Notes: generated from the letters alone by a model not told the origin. 50,142 nucleotides of DNA from Octopus bimaculoides (GCF_001194135.2 NC_068991.1:8238256-8288397), one strand, 5' to 3'; counted from the first letter of the stretch, positions 10,570 through 21,750 are shown. Program-made: numbers and translations.

Positions 10570-11130
10570 AAAGATGAAGACAGGTGGTGTAGATAACAAA
10601 CACATGTATTAGTTTAATGCTCGGTAAGTGAAAGTCTTTAATGTTTCAAGTCTACGCTCTTCCACAGAAAGGAACACAGAAAGAAACAGGGAGAGAAAAT
10701 AAAAAATGTGTAGTGGTTAGCGATCTATCATGGCAAACGCCGGGCAGAGGGGTCACACAAGAGAGCTAGGAAGAAGGGGAGATAATAAAGTAGTGGTGGT
10801 CCCAAAACGAAGGTGCATGTGTGTGTGTATAAGAGAGCATGTATTTGCATGTGGAAGAGGGCTGGTGGGGTTGAATTGTGTTGGGGAGGGGTTATGAGGG
10901 AGGGTGAAGATGAAGGGAGAGGTGGAAGGGAGAAGGTGGATGGGAGTGAAGAGAAGAGAGGGTAGGAGTGAAGAGAAGAAGTAAGAGAGGAGAGAGGAGG
11001 AAGGTTAGATGAAGAGGGGAGAAGAGTTAAGCCCATGTGGCGCAAAGGAGCAAAGAGAGAAGATTAATCCTTGTTCATGGCGAAGACGGGAGACCAGATG
11101 GCCCCTGTGCAGGGACAATCCGAACACAGA
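10570..11130 (-). mobile_element. 3' end of a Penelope-like element: GIY-YIG endonuclease C-terminus plus pyrimidine-rich tail
   Basis: 11130-11005 translates SVFGLSLHRGHLVSRLRHEQGLIFSLCSFAPHGLNSSPLFI*, matching the Penelope ORF end pattern (R..EQ.LIF.LGT..PHGLN) as I recall it. Confidence 0.65.
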
Positions 11131-11229
11131 CACACACACAATTAAAGGTTACAAACCTCATTCAGGAATAGCAAAATCCTATGAAAGTACTGGTTAATTA
11201 CCAATACAAAATAGAGTATNNNNNNNNNN

Positions 11230-11282
<53 letters not shown>

Positions 11283-11563
11283 TACTTGATTTTAGTACTT
11301 ATTTTAATGATGCCAGAGATTAACAGTAAATTCAACTGCATTAAACATTTAAACTTAGTAAATATGTGGCAGTATATACTATAAAGCATCTGCGCTTACA
11401 GTTTATAAATAAATAATACAAGGGAAACACAGTCTTTATAAGACAAGGCATATTATTCTGCTTAACACAATCTAACAACAAAGTCCTGTTCTTATTTCAT
11501 AATCAAGTCGATAGCAGCAGCAGGAAAGGCCTTTAGCTATGAAGCCATTTGCTTCAAAAGTAT

Positions 11564-11812
11564 GCGTAGGAGGGGCTGTGTGGTAAGTAGCTTGCTTACC
11601 AACCACATGGTTCCGGGTTCAGTCCCACTGCGTGGCACCTTGGGCAAGTGTCTTCTACTATAGCCTCGGGCCGACCAAAGCCTTGTGAGTGGATTTGGTA
11701 GACGGAAACTGAAAGAGGCCCGTCGTATATATGTGTATATATATATATATATATGTGTGTATATATATATATATATGTGTGTGTATATATATATGTGTGT
11801 ATATATGTGTGT
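11564..11812 (+). mobile_element. tRNA-SINE family A, near-consensus, with (TA/TG)n tail
   Basis: GGCTGTGTGGTAAGTAGCTTGCTTACCAACCACATGGTTCCGGGTTCAGTCCC...GAAACTGAAAG. Confidence 0.92.
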
Positions 11813-12636
11813 NNNNNNNNNNNNNNNNNNNNNNNNNNNNNNNNNNNNNNNNNNNNNNNNNNNNNNNNNNNNNNNNNNNNNNNNNNNNNNNNNNNNNNNN
11901 NNNNNNNNNNNNNNNNNNNNNNNNNNNNNNNNNNNNNNNNNNNNNNNNNNNNNNNNNNNNNNNNNNNNNNNNNNNNNNNNNNNNNNNNNNNNNNNNNNNN
12001 NNNNNNNNNNNNNNNNNNNNNNNNNNNNNNNNNNNNNNNNNNNNNNNNNNNNNNNNNNNNNNNNNNNNNNNNNNNNNNNNNNNNNNNNNNNNNNNNNNNN
12101 NNNNNNNNNNNNNNNNNNNNNNNNNNNNNNNNNNNNNNNNNNNNNNNNNNNNNNNNNNNNNNNNNNNNNNNNNNNNNNNNNNNNNNNNNNNNNNNNNNNN
12201 NNNNNNNNNNNNNNNNNNNNNNNNNNNNNNNNNNNNNNNNNNNNNNNNNNNNNNNNNNNNNNNNNNNNNNNNNNNNNNNNNNNNNNNNNNNNNNNNNNNN
12301 NNNNNNNNNNNNNNNNNNNNNNNNNNNNNNNNNNNNNNNNNNNNNNNNNNNNNNNNNNNNNNNNNNNNNNNNNNNNNNNNNNNNNNNNNNNNNNNNNNNN
12401 NNNTAGCGAAATGTGTATTGTACAATACAAATAAGATGATATTCATTCTTTGAATGTAGAATTGCCTTTAAAAATGGCAGAGATCCTGGGTAAATTACCC
12501 TACAAAGCAGAAAAATTTGTCAAGGCTGTTTGTTGACAAATTTTTCCATTTAGAAAAAAAAAAAAATAAAAAAAAAAAAGAAAAGAAAAGTCTTATTTGT
12601 ATCGTACACTATTCCAAGAATTTATAAAGGTCTTAC

Positions 12637-12839
12637 CTCTGTACCATTCTCTCTTGATCTCTTAATAGTCTTTGACCGGCCATCAATCCAGTAAACATAT
12701 TTATCATAAACGTCATAATCAATAGCCTTTACATTGCGCAGGTTATGAATGGGTAAAACACTTGGAGGAAGATGTTCAGAGTTTGGCACCAAACGACTAA
12801 GGTCACCCTTTTGACTAAACAATAAAAAAGACTCTGGCG
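12637..12839 (-). CDS. LRP5/6: LRP5/6 exon E14, propeller 4 start (PESFLLFSQKG...YWIDG...NGTE)
   Basis: Acceptor ctttcag|CG, donor GAG|GTAAGA; 203 nt. Confidence 0.94.
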
Positions 12840-12946
12840 CTGAAAGAGAAAGGCAGAAATTATGCAAATTTACAGGATTCCTCCATGAAAGAAACTAAAA
12901 GGATTTCTTGCATGAACAAAGGGACAATTTCTCTTTTTTACCTTTT

Positions 12947-13108
12947 CTGAGTGGTTGGCGTTAGGAAGGGCATCCAGCTGTAGAAACTCTGCCAAATTAG
13001 ATTGGAGCCTGGTGTTGCCATCCGGTTTCACCAGTCCTCAGTCAAATCGTCCAACCCATGCTAGCATGGAAAGCGGACGTTAAACGATGATGATGATGAT
13101 GATGATCA
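12947..13108 (+). mobile_element. RTE-LINE 3'UTR fragment with (GAT)n tail
   Basis: GTGGTTGGCGTTAGGAAGGGCATCCAGC...GTTAAACGATGATGATG. Confidence 0.8.
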
Positions 13109-13140
13109 CTTTATCAAAAGTAATGCTTGTTTACTTACAT

Positions 13141-13370
13141 TCGTCATCATCATCATTTAATGCCTGTTGTCCATTCTGGCATGAGTTGGACAGTTTGACC
13201 AGAGATGCTAAGCTGGAAGGCTGCACCAGACTCCAGTCTGATTTGGTATGGTTTCTATGGCTGGATGCCCTTCGTAACACCAACCACTTTACAGAGTGTG
13301 ATGGGTGCTTTTACCCGACACTGGTACGAGTGCCTCTTACATGGCACTGGCATGAGTGCTTGTGCCTCAT
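13141..13370 (-). mobile_element. RTE-LINE 3'UTR fragment, tail-to-tail with the previous copy
   Basis: Reverse complement of the same tail, (CAT)n at 13141-13156. Confidence 0.75.
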
Positions 13371-13410
13371 CTACAGAGTGGAAGTCTTTAACAGAATTGG
13401 AGAGGTGATG

Positions 13411-13441
<31 letters not shown>

Positions 13442-13484
13442 AAATAACAAGAGGGCATATCAATTAGATAACTTGATTACTTAC

Positions 13485-13640
13485 GGGAACAAGTTTTATT
13501 GTCTTCTCCCAATGAATAATGAGTTGGGCAGGCACAAGTGAAATATATATTGTTATCAGGGTCCATTTGATCAAATAAGGCAGGATGAGCCAAGCACAAA
13601 TGAGAACAGTTACCATTATCACCTCCACATGGGTTCCAAC
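13485..13640 (-). CDS. LRP5/6: LRP5/6 exon E13, EGF3 ([52 protein letters not shown])
   Basis: Acceptor ctgacag|GT, donor C|GTAAGT; 156 nt, phase 1-1; six Cys. Confidence 0.95.
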
Positions 13641-13689
13641 CTGTCAGAAATAGAATACAAATATAGATTTCAAATTGGGGCACATGGCC

Positions 13690-13940
13690 AGCAAGCTTGG
13701 GGGAAGGAGTAAGTCACTTACAAATATTGGTTTCAAATTTTGGGACAAGGCCGGCAAATTTGGGAGAGGGGTAAGTCAAATACATTGACCTCAGAGTTCA
13801 ACTGGTACTTATTTTATTGACCCTGAAAGGACAAAAGGCAAAAGTTGCCCTAGGCAGAATTTGAACTCAGAATGTAATGACAGATGAAATGCCGCTAAGG
13901 ATTTTGCCGTGTGTGCTAATGATTCTGCCAACTTGTCACG
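13690..13940 (-). mobile_element. tRNA-SINE family B, degraded
   Basis: GCAGAATTTGAACTCAGAA...CGCTAAG...GATTCTGCCAAC. Confidence 0.7.
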
Positions 13941-14281
13941 CGATAGGATACGAAATATCTGAGATAACATGGAGAGTAATATTGAGGGGGGGGGGGTGAT
14001 GAGAGGTTAACGTATGATAGAGGGACAAGAACAGGAGATACATGGTTGGTTCATGTGGCAGAGAAAGAGGATGCTGGTGAAGATGTATCAGGGAATACCC
14101 CCAAGTTACAGGCGGGTGGATAAAAGAAAAGTAGTATGGGTAAGTTCATGCGGGTACAAGATGTGAGTAGCAGGTGGATAGAGGGAAATGCAATGAATGG
14201 TGAATGGCAATCTTGTAATTAAAACAAACATAACATAAACCAAATAAATTTTAAAACGCAGTAAGGTATATATAATTTTAC

Positions 14282-14488
14282 CAGGCTGACGTGACTCTTG
14301 AAAAACCAGGATATCCATTACAAAATCGTCATGGCTTTGGTGGATTGTTGTACGGTTGGTTCCGGTTAACTTGTGGGCACGTTCAATTGTGTTCTTCTCT
14401 AAATCAGTCCAGTAGATAAAATCTTTGTATTGGGTGATGCCACGTGGATATTGTAAATAACTGTCTATGATCACTTGTCTGTTTTGAC
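14282..14488 (-). CDS. LRP5/6: LRP5/6 exon E12, propeller 3 end ([29 protein letters not shown]...ESRQP)
   Basis: Acceptor ttttcag|GT, donor G|GTAAAA; 207 nt, phase 1-1. Confidence 0.94.
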
Positions 14489-14629
14489 CTGAAAAGATTA
14501 AACAATTGAAACATTCAGAAAAATCTATTATTAAATTAAGATGTAAGGATTAACTCATAATAAGATGGATATTTACCGACTGCATGACATCATCTTTGAT
14601 TTGCTTTAGTCTATGCATGTATGACAGAG

Positions 14630-15400
14630 TGTAAGTGTCTTGACAGAGAAATTGGGCAGGAGCCATCAGATGTGGTGAATAAGGGAGATGACTGCACTGG
14701 CATGGTCAGGTGATGTGTATGGACGGGGGCAGCTACATGATAAAGTGCCAATCTCTAACTGTAGAGGGAACCTATGGAAGAGGTAGACCCAGGAAGACAT
14801 GGAACAAGGGTGTAAAAGATAATCTTTGAATGTTGAGTCACATGGAAGCAATGACAAGTGATTGAGACCTTTGGCAATTTATTGTGCTTGAGAAGACTCA
14901 TCGAGCCAAGAGAAATCATAGTCGTGGCAGGTGCTGGTGATACATAAAAGGGCACCCTAGTCAGTGACGTGTAAAAGGCACTCATACCGGTGACACATAA
15001 AAGGCACCCACTACATCCTGTAAAGTGGTTGGCATTAGGAAGGGCATCCAGCTGTAGACACTGTGCCATATCATATATACTACGGGCTTCTTTCAGTTTC
15101 CGTCTACCAAATCCACTCACAAGGCTTTGGTCGGCCCGAGGCTATAGTAGAAGACACATGCTCAAGGTGCCACAGTGGGACTGAACCCGGAACCATGTGG
15201 TTCGTAAGCAAGCTACTTACCACACAGCCACTCCTACGCCTATAGCAAAAATAATATATGCTATGGAACCTGGCATGGCTCCTGAACTTGCCAGCTCCTG
15301 TCAAACCATCCAACCCATGCCAGCATGGAAAACGCACGTTAAATGATGATGATGATGATGACAATGATAATGAATGCTAATGTTGGTGATGATGATGAGG
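14630..15400 (+). mobile_element. RTE-LINE 3' end (decayed ORF C-terminus plus 3'UTR), interrupted by a SINE
   Basis: Translates ...LHWHGQVMCMDGGSYMIKCQSLTVEGTYGRGRPRKTW..., the RTE RLRWYGHV / GRPRKTW motifs; (GAT)n tail at 15344-15398. Confidence 0.8.
15075..15240 (-). mobile_element. tRNA-SINE family A, near-consensus
   Basis: About 95% reverse-complement identity to 11564-11730 by manual alignment. Confidence 0.92.
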
Positions 15401-15422
15401 CAATAAAATAAAGACTACATAC

Positions 15423-15607
15423 CTAACATATCTGAAGATTCGATACGTTTATTATCTAAATCAGTCCAATAAAGCCTATTGTCAGCATAGTCGATAGTCA
15501 AACCAGCAACGCGACCAAGATCAAATACTAAAACCTTTCGGTTTTTGCCATCTAATGAGGCTCTCTCCAGCTTTGGTTTTTCTCCCCAATCTGTCCAGTA
15601 CATGTAT
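15423..15607 (-). CDS. LRP5/6: LRP5/6 exon E11, propeller 3 ([20 protein letters not shown]...SSDML)
   Basis: Acceptor tttctag|A, donor G|GTATGT; 185 nt. Confidence 0.95.
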
Positions 15608-15789
15608 CTAGAAAAATAGAATATATTTATTCAATAGAATACATTCAGAAAAATTTGAAATAAATTACCATTTCTGATGGCATATAAGACACATTTTTAA
15701 AAAATAAAATGTCTCAAGAAAACCTCTGAAGTTGGATCTCCCATCGGCTTCAATGTACTAAAAACTTTTTTATTCCACAATGTGAAAGG

Positions 15790-15873
15790 TTTAAATTTAG
15801 ATCAATTTAAAACAGGAAGTTTGTATCTTGGAACCAGGGACAGTCTCACATAGGTTGGTATCAAAAGGGATAA
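15790..15873 (-). mobile_element. End fragment of the TTAA/CCCTT MITE family seen at 28828-29269
   Basis: Reverse complement TTATCCCTTTTGATACCAACC...GATACAAACTTCCTGTTTTAAATTGATCT. Confidence 0.55.
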
Positions 15874-16620
15874 TGTAACACAGAACATAAATGCAGGAAT
15901 GAAATTTGCTTGTGGTGTGCAAACCCAATTTTTTCAGGAGTATGTTCAATACATTTTCATCAACCCTCACAAAAAAAAAATTTGAATTTAAATTTAGGGA
16001 TTGCACTTGCATCCCTGGTTCCTGAACCTACACTGCTGAAATAGGGGCATGTGTAATATATGTGTGCATCTTTTATGACATCAAATATGCCATATAACAA
16101 TTTTAAACATTTGCCCAAAACCAGAACGTTTTGAGACAGGAACAGTCAATGACATCAGATGAATGTTTCGTTTAATACTTCATTTTTCATCCTTCTGAAG
16201 ATGATAAAATAAAGTTGACTTAGGTAGGATTTGAACACAGAATGTAGAGCAAAGTAATTAAATACTACAAGGAATTTTGTCCAGCATTCAATTGATTTTA
16301 CTTATCCAGTTATAACACCACTGGCTAAAATTCTTACATATTATGTATTAGTTGTAGTGGTGTCATCATCTTGATTGCTGCTTCCACTATGGTTTGGTTA
16401 TTGTATGCTTCAGTCTTCTTCAGGTGATGGCTTGTGAATTACAAGACACCTGAAGAAGGCTGGAGTGGACAACAACCGAAACTTAGCAAAAGCAACAATC
16501 CAAATACATAATATAAAAGTGTAAAATTCTTAATTTTTATCAATAAATTTTATAGAATTAATTTTGAAATGAAAGTCAGTGGGAGGAGGGGGAGAAGAAC
16601 TGGTAACTCTTTATACAAAC

Positions 16621-16847
16621 CCTTCAGGTGGATCCAATACTATTGAGCGTGGGTTGGATAGATTCTTCCAGATGAGCACGCGACGTGACTTGCCATCAAG
16701 ACGAGCAACCTCTATTCGCTTTGTCCCAATGTCAGTCCAATAAAGATTTTTAGCAATCCAATCTACAGCCATTCCTTCAGGATATTCAATTCCAAATTCT
16801 ATTATGTGTTCTAGAGAGCTACCATTCATAAATGCACGACTTATTTG
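16621..16847 (-). CDS. LRP5/6: LRP5/6 exon E10, propeller 3 ([19 protein letters not shown]...LDPPEG)
   Basis: Acceptor atttcag|CAA, donor GG|GTTTGT (weak, phase 2); 227 nt. Confidence 0.92.
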
Positions 16848-17714
16848 CTGAAATATCAAATAAAGGAGTCGAGATTGAAATTATAGTCATGTAAAAGAAG
16901 AAAAAAANNNNNNNNNNAAAAAAAAAAAAAAAAAAAAAAAAAAAGAAAACCAACATTATATCAAAATAAACTTGGCCATAATTAAGAGTTAATTACAATA
17001 AATAGCAACTTCTTTAATTTGTATTTTCTTTTCTTTTGTATGAAGCAAAGTTTGGATGGTTTGACAAATTCGAATTCTCACTGCCACCACCAGCTTCTCC
17101 TTTTTCTAACTATGGTAGCCATGTATCTCCTCTACAGCAAGACACCTTTAACTACTAATTACCTGGTATAAATACTTGGTTCCCCCTCAGTTGAGAGGTT
17201 TTATCATGTCAGTCGACTTTGCCTTTCATCCTTTTGAAGTAGATAAACTAAGTACCATTTGAGCACAGGGGTTGATGTAATCGACTTAACTACTCCTGAG
17301 TGCGAGTATAAAAAACTGCACACACTCTGCCGTGCCATGTCAAACCTGTGTGGAAGAGTTGGCTCATCAAACCAGTATGATCTCAAGTTCAAATTCAAGG
17401 CCTGTACATCTGTTGGGTGGAGAAAATATGTTGAGGCCTTCATCCTGCAATGGACTGAACAATGGCAATCTAATCCAATCTACTGAGTTACTCAGTGACC
17501 TCAAAGGTGCCAGTGCCACTTAAAAAGCACCCAAAACAGTCTGTAAAGTAATTGATATTGGGAAGGACATCCAGCCATAGAACATGCCAAAAACAGACAT
17601 CATCCAACCCATGCTAGCATGGAAAGCCGACATTAAATGATGATGATGATGAGGTAAATCATAAAAGAACGGAAAAATGAAAAAAAAAAGGTCTTCATTA
17701 TACAAGATACCTAC

Positions 17715-18013
17715 TTTAAGTGAAGCATCTGTCCAATATATCCTATTATCACTGTTATCAAAATCCAGGGAGTGTGCATCTTTAACTGACTGGATGGGAA
17801 TTAACACATCATTGTGGTTAGTTTCGAGTGAAATACGGCGAATATCTTCTTTTCGAGAGAACAGAAGGAATCCATCAGGAACTACACAGGTCTTCTCATC
17901 ATTAAGGAGCTCAAAGAAAATCCCAGTAGGACATGCACACACAGGGCCCTTTGGGAATGTATTTAAACATAGATGACTACAACCACCATTGTTTTCAACA
18001 CAACCATTAGTTC
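17715..18013 (-). CDS. LRP5/6: LRP5/6 exon E9, EGF2 plus propeller 3 start ([15 protein letters not shown]...[10 protein letters not shown])
   Basis: Acceptor ttttcag|GA, donor AAA|GTAGGT (phase 0); 299 nt. Confidence 0.94.
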
Positions 18014-18400
18014 CTGAAAACAAGAAAGCATTACAATATAACTTAAACATTTTGCTATAAAAATACAGAGGTTATTTATAGCCGTTATTGAAACAATGTT
18101 AAATGGTATCAAGTATTATCAATAGGAGCATTATTCATTCAATAATGCAACTTTCAACTTTTCCTTATTATTAAAAAACTGCTAAATGTGACTTGACTAA
18201 GAATTTTGTTTAACTACATTGTTACCATACTATTGTTGAAACGCACTGCCTTTGTTTTGGTCAAATTAAAAAATAAACAAGAAATTTGTAAAATAACCTT
18301 GTCATTAATAAGCTGGTATTTGGAATATAAATTAATAACATTTTATATCCTGCCACAGGTTGGTATAGATAAATTATGCAGCGATGGTTTAATGTGTTCA

Positions 18401-18500
18401 TTACGGGGACGTAAACACACCAGCATCGGTTGTCAAGCAATGTTGGGGGTACAAACACAGACACACAAACATATACATACATACATACATGTATATATAC

Positions 18501-18554
<54 letters not shown>

Positions 18555-18717
18555 GATGGGCTTCTTTCAGTTTCTGTCTACCAAATCCACTCACAAAGCT
18601 TTGGTCGGCCTGAGGCTATAGTAGAAGACACTTGTCCAAGATGCCACGCAGTGGGACTGAACCTGGAACCATGTGGTTGGTAAGCAAGCTACTTACCACA
18701 CAGCCACTCTTACGCAT
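18401..18717 (-). mobile_element. tRNA-SINE family A with internal (TA)n
   Basis: Same head and body as 11564. Confidence 0.9.
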
Positions 18718-19077
18718 ATATTAACAATTCAAAATTAAATGCTTATGATGTAGAAAAATAGAAATAAAGAAATGGTAGGATCTATGTAAATAACACATTT
18801 CTTTGACTGTATTCTTCTGAAGATAGACCTTTGTGACTGAAATATAAAAGTTTTTTTAAAAACTTTCTGCATTGTTAGAAGCTTTCCTTATTTCTTATTT
18901 CATTCATTTTTTTTTAACTTCTGTACTACAATGCTCTACTTTAATTACTTACGTTGTAGTTCAAAGAGAAATTATAACAAATAATTCATGGAAATGAAAC
19001 AGAAACATCAAAACAGATAATACAACTGATTTGAATAATTGAAATATTTCAAAATGAGAAACCAAACAAAGCTTTAC

Positions 19078-19218
19078 CTTCAACTTGGTGCATGCTAACC
19101 GCCTTTAGTCCCATCAAATCTGGAAGTTGGTCGATAATTACTTGACGTTTTCCACCAGTAAGTTTATGCACACGTTCAATGGATCGCCTTTGCCAATCGG
19201 TCCAGTATACATAGTCAC
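19078..19218 (-). CDS. LRP5/6: LRP5/6 exon E8, propeller 2 end ([47 protein letters not shown])
   Basis: Not in the ORF track; translated by hand. Acceptor ttgtcag|GT, donor G|GTAAAG; 141 nt, phase 1-1. Confidence 0.95.
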
Positions 19219-19537
19219 CTGACAAACAGTAAACATGGTTAAGTTAAGTATCAGCTATGCAAATGTAACTTTGAGGCTACATCCCAATGCAGCTGCACGA
19301 CCATCTTCCCTCTTTGCTAACTAAGGTAGCCACGTATCTCCTCTACAGGAACACACCTATTCTTGTCCTTCTATTGTACTTTAAACTCTCATCATCTGGC
19401 ACAAAGCCACCTCCCTCGATACTATTCACTCATCTCAGTTGAGGGATCTTGTCTTGAAAGCTGCTTGGTAACCCCACTGATGTCAGTGCTACATGAAAAG
19501 TACCCTGTACACTCTTAAGTGGTTGCATATCTTTTCA

Positions 19538-19689
19538 CACGTGGCTGTGTGGTTAAGAAGCTTGTTTTGCAATCACATGGTTTCAGGTTCAATCCCACTG
19601 CATGGCACCTTGGACAAGTGTCTTCTACAACAGCCTCAGGATGACCAATGCCCTGTGAGTGAATTTGGTAGACAGAAACTGTGCAGAAT
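19538..19689 (+). mobile_element. tRNA-SINE family A, interrupted by a family-B SINE
   Basis: GTGGCTGTGTGGTTAAGAAG...GGTTCAATCCCACTGCATGGCACC. Confidence 0.82.
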
Positions 19690-19923
19690 TAAGGCGGCGA
19701 GCTGGCAGAAACGTTAGCACGCCGGGCGAAATGCTTAGCGGCATTTCGTCTGCCGTTACGTTCTGAGTTCAAATTCCACCAAGGTCGACTTTGCCTTTCG
19801 TCCTTTCGGGGTCGATAAATTAAGTACCAGTTATGCACTGGGGTCAATGTAATCGACATAATCTCTTTGTCTGTCTTTGTTTGTCCCCTCTATGTTTAGC
19901 CCCTTGTAGGCAATAAAGAAACA
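19690..19923 (+). mobile_element. Full-length tRNA-SINE family B with 16-bp TSD
   Basis: GGCGGCGAGCTGGCAGAAACGTTAGC...GAGTTCAAATTCC; TSD AGAAACTGTGCAGAAT at 19674-19689 and 19924-19939. Confidence 0.92.
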
Positions 19924-20148
19924 AGAAACTGTGCAGAATCCTGCTGTATCATTATCAGCAGTATTGTTTAACGTTTATGTTTCATGCTGGACAGTTTGAC
20001 AGGACCAGATAGGCTCAAGGATTTCATCATGCTCTAGTGTCTGCTTTGGCATGGTTTCCAAAGCAGATATATATATTCTATAGCATCATCATATAGCACA
20101 TATGATGCTATAAAATATGGTAACAACCAAAGTGGAAATCCAACTTAC

Positions 20149-20399
20149 CTAGTAAACTGAATCCAAATATATGAGGTAAATCATTTGATACAAGAACAAC
20201 TCTGTTAGTTCCGTCAAGGTTGGAGAATTCAATCATGTCCGTTTTAGCGTCTCCCCAATAAAGCTTCTTCTCGTGGTAGTCAATAGCAACACCATTTGGC
20301 CAGCCTAATGAAGAATTAATCAGAGCTACTCGTTCAGAGCCATCCATGTTGGCCCTTTCTATCTTTGGAGTTGTTCCCCAATCAGTCCAATACATGTGT
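20149..20399 (-). CDS. LRP5/6: LRP5/6 exon E7, propeller 2 ([20 protein letters not shown]...PHIFGFSLL)
   Basis: Acceptor ttgcag|A, donor G|GTAAGT; 251 nt. Confidence 0.95.
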
Positions 20400-20677
20400 C
20401 TGCAATTCAGGAAAGACAATACAGATGAAAAGTGCATCATAGAAACAAGACGTAAGTAAATAGTGAATAAAGAAAAGCCACAACTGAAAAATTTTAGCAA
20501 ACACTGAAGTTTGAATACACAACATACAATAATTGTCAAAGCATTAACACATAAAGCCAATTATCTATCATACTAAATGTAAATATATTGGGACAAACAA
20601 AATTTACTGCCATATTCATCAGGAGACAGTATATCCTATGGATGTGTTGTGTTTAAAAACACAAAACGACGTATATA

Positions 20678-20894
20678 TGAGGGGGTGCGGAGAAGTTCCT
20701 GACTTTAAGGGTATCACAAAAGGCCTGGTTGGAGGCTCAACCTTCTGAGTTCTTTTACAGGGATTAGAAAATCTGAAGGACTGCTGCAATAAGTGTGTGA
20801 ATCTGAGAAGGGAATATGTTGGATGAAATCATAATTAACTGATCCTCCTGTATTTTCTTTTACCCAAAGCCAGGAACTTTCCAGCACCCCCTCA
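20678..20894. mobile_element. Mariner-type MITE, 217 bp, TA TSD
   Basis: TA|TGAGGGGGTGCGGAGAAGTTCCTGACTTT ... AAAGCCAGGAACTTTCCAGCACCCCCTCA|TA. Confidence 0.85.
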
Positions 20895-21316
20895 TATCAG
20901 AGGGAGGCTGAACTCATCCCAGCAGCAGCAAATGATAATGTTAGAAGCATTTCAGCCTCGTTAGGCATTATCAATAACACATGCCCTCTGACAGGATTCT
21001 TAAGTGAAATCTCTCACCAACGATATATACAAAAACAATGAAAAGAAATCATTGGTGTTGCTGGTAGCTACACAGCTGAATAAAAATCCATTGTATGCAA
21101 CTGAAGTAGTATTAGATTAAAATAGTCATTTACGTATCATATTCATTGTAAGTACATTGTTATAGGCAAACATTTTCTGCAGTAGCCATCCAGAAATAGC
21201 ATCTCTTATGGATGTACTGTTTACAAACAGCATGTATGAATCAGAGGGAGATGGAACCCACTCCAACAGTGGTGAATACATTTTTATCAAATTGCTACAG
21301 AATTTCTAGTTATTAA

Positions 21317-21658
21317 TGCTTTAGCATTCAGATAACTGTGTAAAATGACATTGTAGGGTAGGTGTTAGAGGCCAGATCTGGCCAGCCTGAACATAAAACA
21401 AGTAAAATATTTACACCTGGTATGGCCAATTTAACCCGTATGGCATTTAAACTGTTCGTGTCCGACCAAAATAGTCTACTTGTTTTATCTTCAAACAGCT
21501 CAGATCTGGCCTTTCACACCCATCCTACAGTGTCATTTTACAAATAAACAATCACTTCATCAAAATGTCAAAGCTACAAGATAATAATACATGATTAATT
21601 CAAAATAATGTGAATAAATAAGCATGACATTTGACAGAGGAATCTGAAAGCTAAAAAG
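21317..21658. mobile_element. TTAA-flanked palindromic MITE (piggyBac-like)
   Basis: TTAA|TGCTTTAGCATTCAGAT ... ATCTGAAAGCTAAAAAG|TTAA; a related half copy lies at 39504-39754. Confidence 0.7.
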
Positions 21659-21750
21659 TTAAAGAAATTTCATGAACAAAATGAAGGATAATTGATTTAA
21701 AATTGTGGTCAAGATAAACAGTTGTCAAATAAATCAAAGTTTCTATTTAC

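Noticed and set aside
17880-17960. Small insertions in EGF2 ([14 protein letters not shown])
   Set aside because: Only 1-2 residues relative to the vertebrate sequence as I recall it; within normal EGF loop variation.
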